64,000 nucleotides of DNA from Amoebidium appalachense (GCA_963693365.1 CAVNZM010000010.1:3656159-3720158), one strand, 5' to 3'. Shown: positions 1 through 25,863, counted from the first letter of the stretch. Translations and numbers: made by a program. The notes: generated by a model not told the origin, from the letters alone.

Positions 1-755
1 TAGCCTTCAGTTCGCTTTCCCCATTCTTTCACCTTGCCTCCAGTCATGGGCCCCCCCTCACCCCCCCCCCCCCCCCTCCCCCCTCCCCCCCTCCCCCCCA
101 TTCCCCCCCCCCCCCCCCCCCCTCCTTCTCCCTCGGGGTCAATTCCAAGAACAACCACATACGACCACATGTATCCTCCCACCTCCACCCCCTGCGCACA
201 CGCACACACATAGGCACACACACACACACACACAGACAGACACACACACACATGCACAGCCCACCCAACCACTACCGTTTCCACTAATATGTAATTTGAT
301 TGTTTGCCTGCATTACACCTTACACCTGCCCTCCCTCTCCCCCTCCTCTCCCCCACCTCCCACCCACCCTCCCCCCCCCCCCCTTCCCCCCTTCCCCACC
401 TCCCACCCACCCTCGTCCCCTCCTCCCTCCCCCCGGGGCAAACCTCTCCACCCACCTACCTATTGGCAAACCCCCCCCCCCCCCTCCCCTGACGCCGCCG
501 CCCTCCTCCTCCTTCTCTCCACCGCTCTCCACCTTCCCTAGGCTTTCCACCCACTGAACCACCTAACCTCATACTCACGCACACTCACATCCATTTCCAC
601 ACTTACCCTCTCTCCCCTCCCGTCTCCCCCCAGCACCCTTCCCCCCGCCCTCCCACCACCACCACCACCTCCCCCCCCCCCCCCCCTCCCCCCCTCCCCC
701 CCTTCCCCAATCCCCCCCCCCCCCACCCCCCCACACCGAAATTTTAAATTTCCAG

Positions 756-6362
<5,607 letters not shown>

Positions 6363-6554
6363 AACGTTTCGCGCCATAACTTAGGCTTGCACTGGGTCGA
6401 CGAAACGGTACGAATGGGCATCAAAATAGGGAATGATCCGTGAATGATTCGTGAATAACTCGTGAAATAATTCCCTCCGGTGGGCAGTAGGCTGGATATT
6501 ATGATGGTGTAGGTGGTGGTGTGATGGTTTGAGGTGGGTCGAAGGTTCCTTCAC

Positions 6555-6613
<59 letters not shown>

Positions 6614-6655
6614 TACACACACACGCACATACACGCACACCCACACGCACGCCCG

Positions 6656-6733
<78 letters not shown>

Positions 6734-7497
6734 AACAAACGCCAACAAACACACCCACACACACACATGTCTGCAATGCCTGCTTGTAGTTTAGGCTGTC
6801 GGTTTAGTTTTTTATGATTATGCGAGCTCGAGGTAAGGCGGGGACTGTTGTGAGTGGTTGAATAAGGTGCGGGATGCCGGGGGGAGGGGGGGGGGGGGGG
6901 GAGGATATGGTCTTGACGCATGATTGCAGCATTTCAAATCGGATGGGGCACTGTTTTTTGCAATATTTTTATTTTTATACTTTATCTGTCCTCCCTCTCT
7001 TCCCCCCCCCCCCCCCCCCCCCTTTTTCCCCACCACCACCACCATCACCACCACCACCAGCACCCACTACCACAACTTTTTGAGGCTGCCAAAATTTATG
7101 TCTGTAGAGTCTTATGTAATGCTCGTCTGTTACATTTTATGGATATAAATCTGTACTATATGCATGGAACCTGAATGTATGTTGGTACAAGGCGCTGGGA
7201 TATGAAGCACTGATGTATGCAATCCAATCCACATGTGAGCATGTATGAGGTCTATCGGTTATATTTGACTATGTAAATGATCCACGGCTTAACGCCACGG
7301 TGCACGTCAAGCCGTTGCTTTTTAATTTTTAAAAAACTAGTAACTTTAAAGTCACCATACCGCCAAACAAATCCCAAAGGACCCCGTTTCAAGGCACTGG
7401 ACGTGTACTAAAGTGCATGGTTCGGTTTTTATAATCTTATAAACCACCATGCCCACTTGGTTCCTCGCAGGGAAGAGCGGTGCTGTGGTGAGGGGCC

Positions 7498-7548
<51 letters not shown>

Positions 7549-7581
7549 ACAAAGTTCACGCATAGGCAATTAGTTTCGTAA

Positions 7582-7941
7582 CACCACCACCACCACCACA
7601 CCCCATCATCCACCCATACCCACCGTAAATACTATACACAACACTTAGGACTTCCCAATACTGTAGATTGACCAATGAGAGCCCTCGGTTAACGTTTATT
7701 GCTAGCTTTTGAATGGAGGGGAGGACTGGAGCCTCCTGCCGGCGTGGCTGGGGTAGTAGCCCTGGGCAAAGTGTGTACTTTTAGTTAGGTTGTGAAGGAT
7801 GGTTTAGCTTAGCTGAACTCATAGATAGCACCTTAACTAGTGTACTGTCGGTGCTGTGTGGTAGACGGTAGTTTCCCAGAGGGCCTGAAAAGGCTCTCCG
7901 GGAACTTCAACGTGACAAAATAAAAAAAATAAAGAAATAAA
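7582..7941 (+). mobile_element. 5'-truncated non-LTR retroelement 3' end (LINE 3'UTR or SINE) with A-rich tail
   Basis: Flanked by an 18-bp direct repeat AGGCAATT(A/G)GTTTCGTAA (7564-7581 and 7942-7959) and ending in an A-rich tail. Region 7739-7903 is homologous to the reverse complement of 54218-54383. Confidence 0.75.
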
Positions 7942-8951
7942 AGGCAATTGGTTTCGTAAGGGGGAAGGGGAAGGGGACAGCGAAGTAAACCGTTATGGGA
8001 AAACGGAAGCAAAGCAACGACAATCCCAGAAGCAGCGATCAGTAGCACGATTCGATGTGCAGTAGCACGATTCGATGTGCCTGGTCATCAATCATGCCAT
8101 GCCGCGCCGCAATGGGTACTGTACATGCATGTACGACAGCATGTACATGGCACCATTCAACCCGTGGCATGTCGAATGTGTGTGGTCACAGCGTGGTAGA
8201 ACTGAACATAAATATGTGATTATAGCCATACTTGCAGTAACAGTCCACTCCCCCCATTCCCCCCCCCCCCCCCCCCCTCCGGCAGGGTTTAACGCAAAAA
8301 TGAAACGTTACCGTTGATTGGAAACAAAAACCTCGCGCATAGCGTGAGATCGGCAAATCAAAACATAGCTGTTTAGTGGTGGATTTTGCCGCTTTGTTGC
8401 CCGCTTTCCGCCAGTCAATTAGGGGTATCAGTTGAAGTTTTCGAAAATAGATATACTTGATACTGTACCTTGATTTGTTAGAGTAATTAATCCGGATGGG
8501 AGCCTGGCCAATTAATTAATTTCTGAACAAGCAATATTAGTATCTACAACTGCAGTCAGAGTAACGCAAAATGTATTTTTTATGTGTCTTTGAAAAAAAA
8601 TGAAAAAAAATTAAAAAAAAGTAACACAACTCATTATTCACGCCTGAACGGGAATGGGATCCACTTTCATATCCTTTCCACACATTTAATGCCATGATTC
8701 AATCGAGAGGGCTCATCACTCGCGCAGTTTCACGATCACTTCCGAAGTGAAGCCACTGTGAAGTTCGGGTCGGTGTACACTAGTCAACGTTTGCAACATA
8801 TATGCATGTTTTTAACGGCATACTAGTTACAAATTGTCTGTCGTTATTTTCTCCATACCAGTAAAATCTTTTGGTGGTGAGCCTAGGAAGTTTTGGCTTC
8901 CTTTTCTTTTCTCTCTTTCCCCGCTCTTTCCCCCCTCTTTTTGAGACACAG

Positions 8952-14701
<5,750 letters not shown>

Positions 14702-14748
14702 GATGTAAGACCCCCCCCCCATCCGGCCTTTCCGCTGAATCTGTGAAA

Positions 14749-14781
<33 letters not shown>

Positions 14782-15324
14782 TTTTTTTTTTTCCCTGAGA
14801 TGCGATATAATTCTTTCCCCCGCTCCCCTCCCGCCCCTTCACCCCACCAACCCCCACGATCCACCACCACCACCATCGTCACTGCGCACACATACACATG
14901 AATTGTTGGGAGTTTTTTGTTTTTGTTCCTTTTGAGTGAAGGAGAAAAAGCCTCCTTTTTGAAAATGTAAGGAGTGGCTGGTGTCACTGCGTTTTGTATT
15001 GTAGTGTTTTTTTTGCGGCCAGTTAATTGCCGGAAGGAATGGGCATACGTAAAACGTTTCCTTTAGACTTTTCTCATGGAAACGACAAGCTTTTTCAGTT
15101 TTCGAAAGGTGGGCTTTTTATAATGATGTGGAAGTTGAAGGGAAACTGTGAAGTTCAAACTTAGTATCGCATTTAGCAGTCGTTTCGGAGCGGGTGGATT
15201 ACAATAGCGTCGGTGCAGGGGACGATGATTCGAATCGTGTTTTTTTGAGTAGTTATCTCCTCGAGTATGCATGCAGATGCACCCACCCACATACACGCAC
15301 GCACACGCACGCACACACACACAC

Positions 15325-15396
<72 letters not shown>

Positions 15397-15462
15397 CAAA
15401 TGCACACACGCAAGCACACACACACACACACACACACGCGCGCGCGCGCAAGCAAGCACACA

Positions 15463-15539
<77 letters not shown>

Positions 15540-16222
15540 TTATTGGGTCGTAGGATTAGAAGTAGATGTTGATCACGTAAAAAGTGAGGACGGCATATTC
15601 TTGTGTTATTTTTCCGCAAACACGGTCACACACATAGTCACCAAGTTTGCGATTGAGATTGAGAATGATGACGCACACATAATTCTGTGCTTTTTATTAA
15701 TTAAATTTAAAATCCGTTTAAAAAGGACGATGTTGTGAGTAATTTCTGTATTTTAGTGCTGGGTGTGTACATGACATCACATGTATGTGCACTATGGTCA
15801 GAAGTATTTGTAGCAGTTAAGAGTGTGTGTACGACAGACGAAACGGTGGATGTGTATGCATGCTGTGCATGAAAAAAACAAAATAAACGGGAGATAAAAA
15901 TGGTTGGCATGGCTTTAGTCTCCGTATGTGTCCATATCGTGCACACCCTTTGAGTAGATGTTTTTTGTCATTTTTGAGTATGTTAGACCAAACCAAAAAA
16001 AAAAAAAAAAAAAAAAAAGGTGTACTTTGTCTCTGTATGTCTCCTCCTCCACATTTAAAATTTCCCACCCCTGTAAGCATGCATACATCAACCTCGACCC
16101 TTTCCTCCCCCCCCTTTCCACTGAACATTTCTTGTGGTGCCTATACGGTCATTAAAAACTGTGGCTTTTCAAGTTTGCTCCGTAACGTGATTTCTGCTCA
16201 AGAACCTCCCTCCCCCCTCTCT

Positions 16223-16255
<33 letters not shown>

Positions 16256-16283
16256 ACCGTGGTTTCTGCTCAAGAACCTCCCT

Positions 16284-16620
<337 letters not shown>

Positions 16621-16655
16621 TCCGTGATCCTGATCTCTCTCTCTCTCTCTCTCGA

Positions 16656-16705
<50 letters not shown>

Positions 16706-17715
16706 CTTTCCCCCCCTCCCCCCCTCTCTCTCTCCCTTCTAGATCTCTCTCTCTCTGTGTGTGTGTTTCTCTCTCTCTCTCTCGACTCTTTCTCCCTCTG
16801 CCTCTCCCTCGAGCTCTGAAAGGCTCCCACTCTCAGACCACCAAGTCGCCCCCCCCCCCCCCCCCCCCCCCCCCCTCCCCCCCCTCCCCCTCTTTCTCTC
16901 TATCTTAGCTCTCTCTCGATGATGATATCTTTCTTTATCCGAGTCGTCTAACTCTGTTCTCTCTGTTCTTTCTTCACTTGACTTGCTTTCCCCCCCCCCC
17001 CCCCCGCGCCCCCTTCCCCCCTACATTGTAGGCGCTGACCCCCGGGCCATCGATTGCGCTTGATTGCGCCATCATGCTTTTGAATAGAAGCTCGGGGAAA
17101 GCATGTCATGACTCTCTATCACAATTTGAATTTTGTATAACTTATTTTGGTTATTTATTTATCTGCTCGACCAATAAATCCTCTATTCATAAAAGCACGT
17201 TTTGCCGATGATGATCCTAAGAAACGCTTTCAGCGCGCACGGTCGAAGTGTCCGTGTCAGTTGTCAGCTGTGTGTCTGTCGCACACTCGCATACAAACAC
17301 CCCCCCCTCTCTCTCTCTCCCTCTCCCTCTTAGTCTCTCTTCTCTTTCTTTGATGTGCACGTGTGTGCACGTGTGTATGTGATACGAAGCGCGCTCTTAC
17401 ATACCTCACTTCTCGATGTAACGCACGTGCATCAATTGTAAAATTCATGTATTTATAGTTATGGAAACTGAAACATGCTGATGCACATGTCCAGTTCGCA
17501 ATGCAACCTAGGCTCGGTCTAGCACACTACACCTTTATCCAAGCTTCTACACTAAGCGGTGATTATTTTCTGTCTTTCAATTACGCTTTGTTGTTAAAGT
17601 CAAGAGCCAAACAGGCATTTCATAGCTAAAGCAACTCCGACCATATTCCCGTCATTGTATCTTACCCGCCTGCTTCTGAGAACACAGGGGCAACAGCTCT
17701 TTTCATGTGTCAGCC

Positions 17716-18106
17716 ATGTTTACCGCACACACAACGAAATTAGCGCGGTTGGGGAGCAATGTCGCTCATCTACCCCTACACCAGCCCACGGTAGCAAGCA
17801 GGAGGGGCTTGTCCAGGTCGTTCAACCACAACAGGGACTACTATCAGGTCGGTGCATGTTTCATTGTTTGTGTATATGTTTTGTGGGTTTAGATTCGCCC
17901 TTCTTGTTCTCTTTTTGTTTCGGATGGCTTCTTGTTTTGTCTGTTGTCACTCCTCTTCTATATTTATCTCGGTGTGGTGTGTGTGTGTGTGTGTATGTAT
18001 GTCGATGCCTGGGTCTGTGTGTGCCTCTTTGCGGATGTGGTGTGTACTCTTCGTTTGCGAGGTGCACGCACGTGCAAGGGCATTCGCACACACATTCACA
18101 CACAAA

Positions 18107-18150
<44 letters not shown>

Positions 18151-18243
18151 TTCTTATCTCTCTCACTCTATCTATCCCCTCTCCCGCTCTCTACTACATG
18201 TGTGTGTATGTGTGTGTGTGTGTGTGTACATGCATCAGTGGTA

Positions 18244-18288
<45 letters not shown>

Positions 18289-20356
18289 GTCACTGTCGGA
18301 GAGCAGTAGATGCGTTTATGTTTTTTTGTTGTTTTTTTGCGTGCAGGTGTTCATGGGGCGTTGGGGAATGTGCGTGTGTGTGTGGGAGGGGGGGGGGGGT
18401 TTGGGGTTTGGCTTTTCAAGGTTCAGATACGGCACATTCAACTGCATGTGTGCTTGGTCAAACTGGTCGATTTGCAAGCTTGCAAAGCCCACCTTCATCT
18501 CTTGTGGATGTGTATGTGTTCTTTTATGTGTGTGTGTGGGTGTGTGTGTGGTGGGGGAGGGGGGGGGGATAGTGGAGGTGGAACGGTACCCTGCAAGTTT
18601 GTGTGTGGTAGGTGTGCTTTGACTCTTTCTGTCACCATTTTATCTCTGTGTTTCGTTTCTCCACATACACTTTGTTCTTGGAACCCCCTGGGGATGTGTG
18701 TGTGTGTATGTGTGCGTGTGTGTGGTTTGGCGCCGGGGTGGAGGGGGGGGGGGATGGAATGCGAAAATAGAACGGAGCTAAGACATGGGTGTCATTTTTT
18801 TTCTTTTTTTCTTTTCTTTTTTGTGTTTTCTTGTGGTTTTTGGAGGTGGGGGGACAAAGGAGGATGGGAAGGGAGAAACGATGGAATGAAGAGATAACAT
18901 TTGCGCGCGCGCGCGTGTGTGTGTGTGTCTTTGGGAGGGAGGAGGGGAGGGGGAGGGGGGCTCTGACAGAGGGGGGGGGGGGGGGGGGGGGGCAGACAAG
19001 TAACGAGTACCCCTCTCCTCCCCCCCCCCCCCTCCCCCCCCTTTTGTTCTTGCTGCCGTAGGCGCTAGGAGTGCCGCAGACAGCCACACAGAAAGAAATC
19101 AAGGAGCGATTTTTCAGTTTGTGCAAGCAACTGCACCCAGACAAGAACCTTACAGCTGAGCTGAAGGTGGGTGTGTGTGTGGTGTGTGTGTGTTTGGAAG
19201 GGGGGGGGGGGGGGGGGTGTAGTTGTGTGTGTGTGTGGTGGATGGGTGAGGTGAATGGGTGTGGGTACAGGGACGGTTTTTAGTCTGTGCAAGCAACTGG
19301 GTAGCCCAGACACGAATTCTCGCGTGAGAGTTGAAGGTGTGTTCGCGTGTGTGGTTGCGGGCGGCGAGGGGGGGGGGGGGGGGGGGGGGGGGAATAAAGG
19401 CTCGTTGGTTTGTGCGTGTGTGGTAGGTGGGTGTGTAGGTGTTGTGTGTGGGTGGGTGTGGGTTTTTCCAAGTGTCCTGCAATTGCTTTCCTTTCTAGGG
19501 TTTAGATTTTTGTCACTGACACCACCCGTTGGTTGATTCTATCTATGGCCTGCAATGCTATTGTCGCCTTTATTCCTTCATGCCCGTTTAAATATGATAC
19601 CGATTTTTTATCCCCTCTTTTTTTTTTTTTTTTTTTTTTTTGCAAGAGCACCACAAGAACCACGTTTTTGTTTCATCCTGCCTTTTTAAAATTTAAATCA
19701 ACTTTTAAAGTTATATCCGCAGATTTTCATTTGCAGAAGCACCACAAGGACCATGCCTTTATTATCTTCACGTCTTTTTTAAAAATCTGACACCCTTCCT
19801 ATTCATTATAATTTCAAACCTTTTTTTATTTTTATCCACCCATTTCCATTCGCAAGAGCGCCACAAGAGACCCGTACGGCCTTGTCCCTTCCTATCCATT
19901 TCAATCTCAAATCTATTATTTTAAGATTTAAATAATGAACCAAGCAGTTTCATTTGTCCAGGAGCACCACAAGGACCACTATGTGCGCATCAATGAGGCA
20001 TATACCGTGCTGGGAAACCCAACACGGCGCCAAAAATACGACCAGGTGATACCCCCCCCCCCCCCCTCCCCCCCCCCCCCCCCCCCCCCCTGCCCCTCCT
20101 TCCTTCCTTGTTGAATCGGGACTCCCCAGATTGATGAGTTCTGTTCAGGACCTTTTCCCTGCAAATTTCGATCTTTATTCCCCCCTCCCTCCCTCCCGGT
20201 GATATTTATTGGCGGAGGGAAGGGGGGGGGGGGGGGCATTTTTTGATTTTCCTCACCCTCATTTGCATCCCCCCCCCCCCCCCCCCCCCCAGCCTCTTTT
20301 ATTCTCCCGTGTTGGTGACACAACCTGGTGTGTGCTTGTGCCTGGTTAGATGACAC

Positions 20357-20388
<32 letters not shown>

Positions 20389-20434
20389 CGGTAAACTAGC
20401 TTCTTGCCAATTCCTCACCAATGTATGATGCATG

Positions 20435-20467
<33 letters not shown>

Positions 20468-21162
20468 CCTTCCTTGTACACAAACCTCCTTGCTCATTTC
20501 TCAACCGTGTGTGGTGGTTGGTGCATGTCTATATGACAGAGAGTAGGTTCTGGTGTGGTAACTGTTTTGAAGCACCTCTAACCCCCCAATGGCCCACAGT
20601 TACGACTTAATCATATTAGCATGTCTGCCCGGTTCGAAGCCGAAGTAGGTAAGCTTTAAAAAACATTTCCCCCCCCCCCCCCCCCCCCCCCCTCTTTCCA
20701 CTCTCCCATGGGGCATCACAATTCCAGCTGCCTCTTGTAGTTAAAAGATACCTTGCATGTTCCTTGTATGTGGTTTCCCAACTGCTTAGGCGCCGTGCGT
20801 CAAAATATAAGGGGGTGTTTTTTGGGGGGGAAGGGGGGGGGGGAGGCGGAAGAAGAGATACATGTCGATATTAAAAGCCGACATAGGGCACTGAGTCAAC
20901 CCTATAAAGCCACCAACACCCACCTCAGCACACACACGTTTGAGCTTACCATACATGCGCACCCACCCACACAAACGCACAACAAACATGCACACGTTCA
21001 ATCATCCGCTGGCTTGCTTATTTTTCTCATTCACTAGCTTTGTTACTTTCGGCGCACATGTACACACACACACACACACACACACAAGGTGCGCGCACAC
21101 GCACACCACACACACATGCCCAAATATTCACATACATACACCCGCACATTGCAACCTAACTA

Positions 21163-21198
<36 letters not shown>

Positions 21199-21768
21199 CC
21201 CCTCTCCACACAAAAGCACACCCACACGTACACATAGGCGCACACTTGCCAACACACCGACCCACCCTCCCACCTTCACACACACACGTGCACACACACG
21301 TACACATACATACACACTTCCGCCACAAACACACTTACGTGCACTACACACTCGTACACACACATGTACATACACGTACACCCACCCACCCACCCATAAT
21401 CCCCCCCCTCCCCCCGCACACACACACACACGTACACGTACACGTACACACACACGTACACGTACACACACACGTACATACACACACACACGTACACGTA
21501 CACACACACACACACGTACACGTACACACAAACACGCACACGCGTACACGCGTACACAGCCGCAGCCACCACCGAGGAGCAAGTGCGTCTCAGTGCGTTC
21601 TACCACCGGCCCATGTTCATGGTCGGGGTGATGGTGGCATCCATTGTGCTGGGTGCATTTTTCCAGTTTGCAGTCGATACGTGGTTGATCGATCCGAGGG
21701 AGAAGTACAGAACTAGGTTCCTGGAGTCACAGGTGAGCATATTCCTATGTCTTGTTTCTGTTTTGTTT

Positions 21769-21799
<31 letters not shown>

Positions 21800-22177
21800 A
21801 GGGGGAGGGGGGGGAGGGGGAGGGGGGGGAGGGCTGTGGTGTCATGATTGTTAATAAGGAGTGTATTGGGATTTGTCCCCGGGGGGGGGGGGGGGGGGGG
21901 GAGCAGCGTTCATGCATGTTTGGGTGTGTGTGTGTATATGTGTGTGTGCGCGCGAGTGCGAGTGTGCGAGTGTGGGTGTGGGTGGGTGTTTTTCGTCTAT
22001 TCGAGGGAGAAAGATAAGGCTGGGTTCTTGGAACCACGGGTGTGAATATTCTCCCGGGAACTGGGTTTTTTGCTTGAGATGTGATAATGGGTGTCAAGTT
22101 GCATGCAGAGGGGAGGGTAGGGGGAGATACAAGGGGAAAGTGTGTGTGTGTGGGGCGGGAGGGGGGAAGGGGGTCGC

Positions 22178-22208
<31 letters not shown>

Positions 22209-22363
22209 TGTGTGTGTGGTTGGTCGATCCGGGGGAGAAATACAGGGCTAGGTTCTTGGATTCACAGGTGTGGATTATCTCCCCCGGAACGTCCCAGATG
22301 TGATTCTCTTGCCCGTGGTATGATGTAGGAGGAAGATGGGGTGGGGGGAGGAAGGAATGGTGT

Positions 22364-22394
<31 letters not shown>

Positions 22395-22601
22395 GGGGGG
22401 GCATTGTGTGTGTGTGTGTTGTGTTTATTGTGTGTGCGTTTGCAGTAACAGGGAGGGGGGGGGGGTTGTTCTCGTGATTGTTCGGCGATATAGATCAGGA
22501 GCCTCTTGAGTCTTGGGGCAATCGATCTTCGATCTGATTGGCTCGGTGTCATGTGCAGAATCGAAACAGCCAATATCATTGGCAGAACAGTCCCATCTTG
22601 A
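17716..22601 (+). CDS. Class C J-domain (DnaJ) protein with probable mitochondrial presequence and a transmembrane helix C-terminal to the J domain (DNAJC4/DNAJC30-like architecture)
   Basis: Exons 17716-17847, 19062-19166, 19962-20045, 20600-20648, 21560-21732, and probably 22494-22601. J domain: [34 protein letters not shown]...[21 protein letters not shown] with intact HPD. The N-terminus is Arg/Ser-rich and free of acidic residues; TM is [21 protein letters not shown]. The last exon is uncertain. Confidence 0.85.
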
Positions 22602-23391
22602 GGGCACAGCTGCAGGAGCCAGCGCCAGAGAGTGCGCAGGTGTGTGTGTGTGTTTTGGGGAGTGGAGGGGATGTGGGTGGGCGTGTGTGTGTGTGTGTGT
22701 GGTGGTGGGGTGTGTGTGGGGGGGGGGGGGGGGGGGGGAGGGGTGGGGGTGGGGGGGGGGGGGGGGGGGTGGCTGGGTGGCTGGGTGTGGGTGGCTGAGT
22801 GACCAGGTGGGGGGAGGGGGGTCGTAGGGTGGGTAGGTTGGGTGGTTTGGTGTGTGTGTGTGTCAATGTATGTGTGTGTGCTTGTGTTTGCCAAGTCAGC
22901 CGCACGCCTTTTTATCCCCATCTTTGTCTGTGGGTGTGGTGTCCCTCGCTGGCTAACTCTCTCTCTTTCTCCTCTCAGTGTTGTGTGTGTGTGTGTGTGT
23001 GTGTGCGTGCGTGTGTGTGTGTGTGAGCTAGAGAGAGAGAGAGCTAGAGAGAAAGTGTGTGCGTGTGGGTGTTGCATATACAAATCAAGAACATGCCAAA
23101 ACAAAAGGGTTACTTGATTGGGTTTGGAGGTAGCTTGAGCAGTTGCCATAAAAAAGGAATTTTGGAAAAAAAGGGGTTTATGCCGGCATTGCCGTTAATG
23201 CCAGTGGGGTTGCTAATGGAACCTCAACCCCGCAGGCCGAAGTACAAAATGCATGAAAACACAATGAAGACGCCCGGTGGCCGTGTGTGCCAGCCCGGCC
23301 GCTGCTCGAATGTTTTTTTTTTTTTTTTTTCCCTTCGCCCTCTCTCTCTTTTTTCTTTTCTTTTCTTTTCTTTTCTTTTCTTTTTTTTTCT

Positions 23392-23432
<41 letters not shown>

Positions 23433-25571
23433 TGCATATGCATGTGATTCATTGGGGAATTCGTTGGGTAGGAGTTGCATCATTATGCCTGACTGTTGTT
23501 TAGGCTTTCTGGAAATGGCTGAGACGTACAATCATTCCGATTATATTTACTGTGTTCGTAAACTTTCGGCAGTGTTGTGCGGGAAAGGTGGTCATGTTAA
23601 GAGTTATGTTTAGGCGTTCCAATAATTTGGCATCGATCCGTATATGTGCGGCGGTACTGTATGCAATAGAAGGTAGATTTGTAATGTGACGCGCCCGGCC
23701 CGGACCTGGGCTGTATATATTTAGTTTGTAGTTTGTGAATAGATACATACATAAATACATACGACACACGTGTTCTCCCCCTCTGCGCTGACGTTGCAAG
23801 TCGGGGTAATGTGAGTACATATGTCACATGTAAGGGCCCAACTACATGAGCATAATGAACTCGCTTTTGGCGTATTAACGATGCTCTAGCTTAATAGTTA
23901 TCAACAAGCTTTTTGCCTAATTAATAATTATGCTAAAAGCGAGTTAAAATTTTTATGATGGCCGGCAAACCTTTCCTTCTGTGGCGCGACTGATCATGTC
24001 CCAACTCATACCCTTGAAAAATGGAATAGACTTGTTCACATGGACGGTGGGTGAGGCCTCAGTCAGGACGTGGTCGGAGGCACGCACGTGCACAAACATG
24101 CACAAACATGCACGGACATATGCATTTGCACGCGTGGTAGTTGGATGCATCCCACACATGTACATGCTATGATGTGTGCATGCACCACACAATCACATAC
24201 CTATTGTAGCAACACACCTACGCCGTACGGACCACATCATATACATGCACAAGAACACGTTTGCCTAGGCCTACACAATAATGCATGATACAACCGTGGT
24301 TACACATCTCTACGTAGCTACACGTCACACATTCAGGGACGGGACACACCCCGGTACAACATTCGTGCACGAACACGTTCGCCTACGTGTACACATCTTT
24401 GGTTGTGCGAATTCAATTAATTAATTGCTTTGCTCACCTTGTACTCATAGATGCATGCCACCATGAGGTAACTGTTTACGCTGTCACCGAGGCACAGAGA
24501 GACCAGTCTCAGGGGGTTTACAATACACTGTGCATAAACCCCCTCAGGTATATACGGGTTTTTCTTTTTTTTTCTTTTTTTTTTTTTTCTTTTTCCCTTT
24601 TTTTTTTCGCTCGGTACGTATATCGATATCCCCTCAGCGTTATATCATGATCAGGTACAAAGATGTCGGGTAATGGTTATGATCAGGGGTTTCTAGATCT
24701 CGAGCTCTATAGCTATGAAGAATGTGCACGTTTTTCTAGAAAAGACCAGAAAAGTAGGTGCGCAAACTGAGAAAGAAGATCACTTGACTGGTGTACCACC
24801 ATCCCATACATATGCCCGCGAACACACCCATCCCACCATCGCCGAGCACGCACACACGACTTAGCACATGCACATACACAAGAGCACACACAGACACACG
24901 CACCCCAACACGATCAGGCACGCGGACACGCGCGGGCACACCAAAGGTTGACACCAGCGTGCACGTGGAACACGGGAAGGGGGAGGAGAGGGAGGGGGGG
25001 GGGGGGGGGGGGGGGGGAGGGGGGGGGGGGGGGGAGGGGGGGGGGGAGGGGGGGGGGAGGGGGGAATGGGGGTACCCCTTATAACGAATTTCGTGGAATT
25101 TCTTTGCTCTGTGCAGACAATCAAATGTGCATACGATTCAATATGCAGACAACAGAAATGTGCAGGCGATATCCAGCTTTTTAAATTTAAGCAGCTGACA
25201 TTGGGTATTACACGATTTTTCCGTGTACAATATTACCAGCGGCGCCCGGCCACCTGAATTTTCACACCTCTGGGCATATCTCGTTTCCGGTATATCTCTT
25301 CCAGACAAATTTCCATATCTCGAATGTGTATTATTTTTTACACCCACGCAACGTTAACCCCACTGGCACTATCCCAATTGAGACCAATGCAACCCTCATA
25401 TTTTACAAGTCCGTTTACATACCACCAACTAATCGCATCATCTATTCAGGCATTTATCATGATAAGGCCAGCACAATAATTGGGAATTAAATTATCATTG
25501 CTATATATTTTCGTACATCGTTCATTTATATCACAACACGAACCCGGTGGGTGATTTTCAGCACCCTTCCT

Positions 25572-25603
<32 letters not shown>

Positions 25604-25863
25604 CCCCCCCCCCTTTCCCCAACCAAGCCTTATCGATATATCGAACACAGAACCATGGACACTACCCATCAACAGAATGCAGAATGCACCCACCAATAAA
25701 ACCTCTGTGTCATCAAAATGAATAGAGACTGGACCGAATCGCTTTGAAATTTCGTAGTGGTAAAACAACGTCTCTAACTGATACGAAACCTTCTGGGGAT
25801 GGAATTATAACTATGCCCCTCCATACATATGTTTGTGATTAATGGTGTGTGTGCGTGCGTGTG

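Noticed and set aside
7738-7810. tRNA or tRNA-derived SINE head (GCCGGCGTGGC...)
   Set aside because: There is no B box or cloverleaf, and the TSD shows the element extends about 155 bp further 5'.
8042-8080. 20-bp tandem duplication GTAGCACGATTCGATGTGC (and a similar 29-bp pair near 16186 and 16258)
   Set aside because: These are simple local duplications with no sign of function.
17031-17105. HDV-like ribozyme (nested GGCGC/GCGCC and CCCCGGGC/GCTCGGGG)
   Set aside because: It lacks the CC/GG P1.1 pair and a J4/2 strand with the catalytic C.
24511-24544. 10-bp inverted repeat AGGGGGTTTA/TAAACCCCCT
   Set aside because: It is short, isolated and low-complexity, with no TSD or second copy seen.
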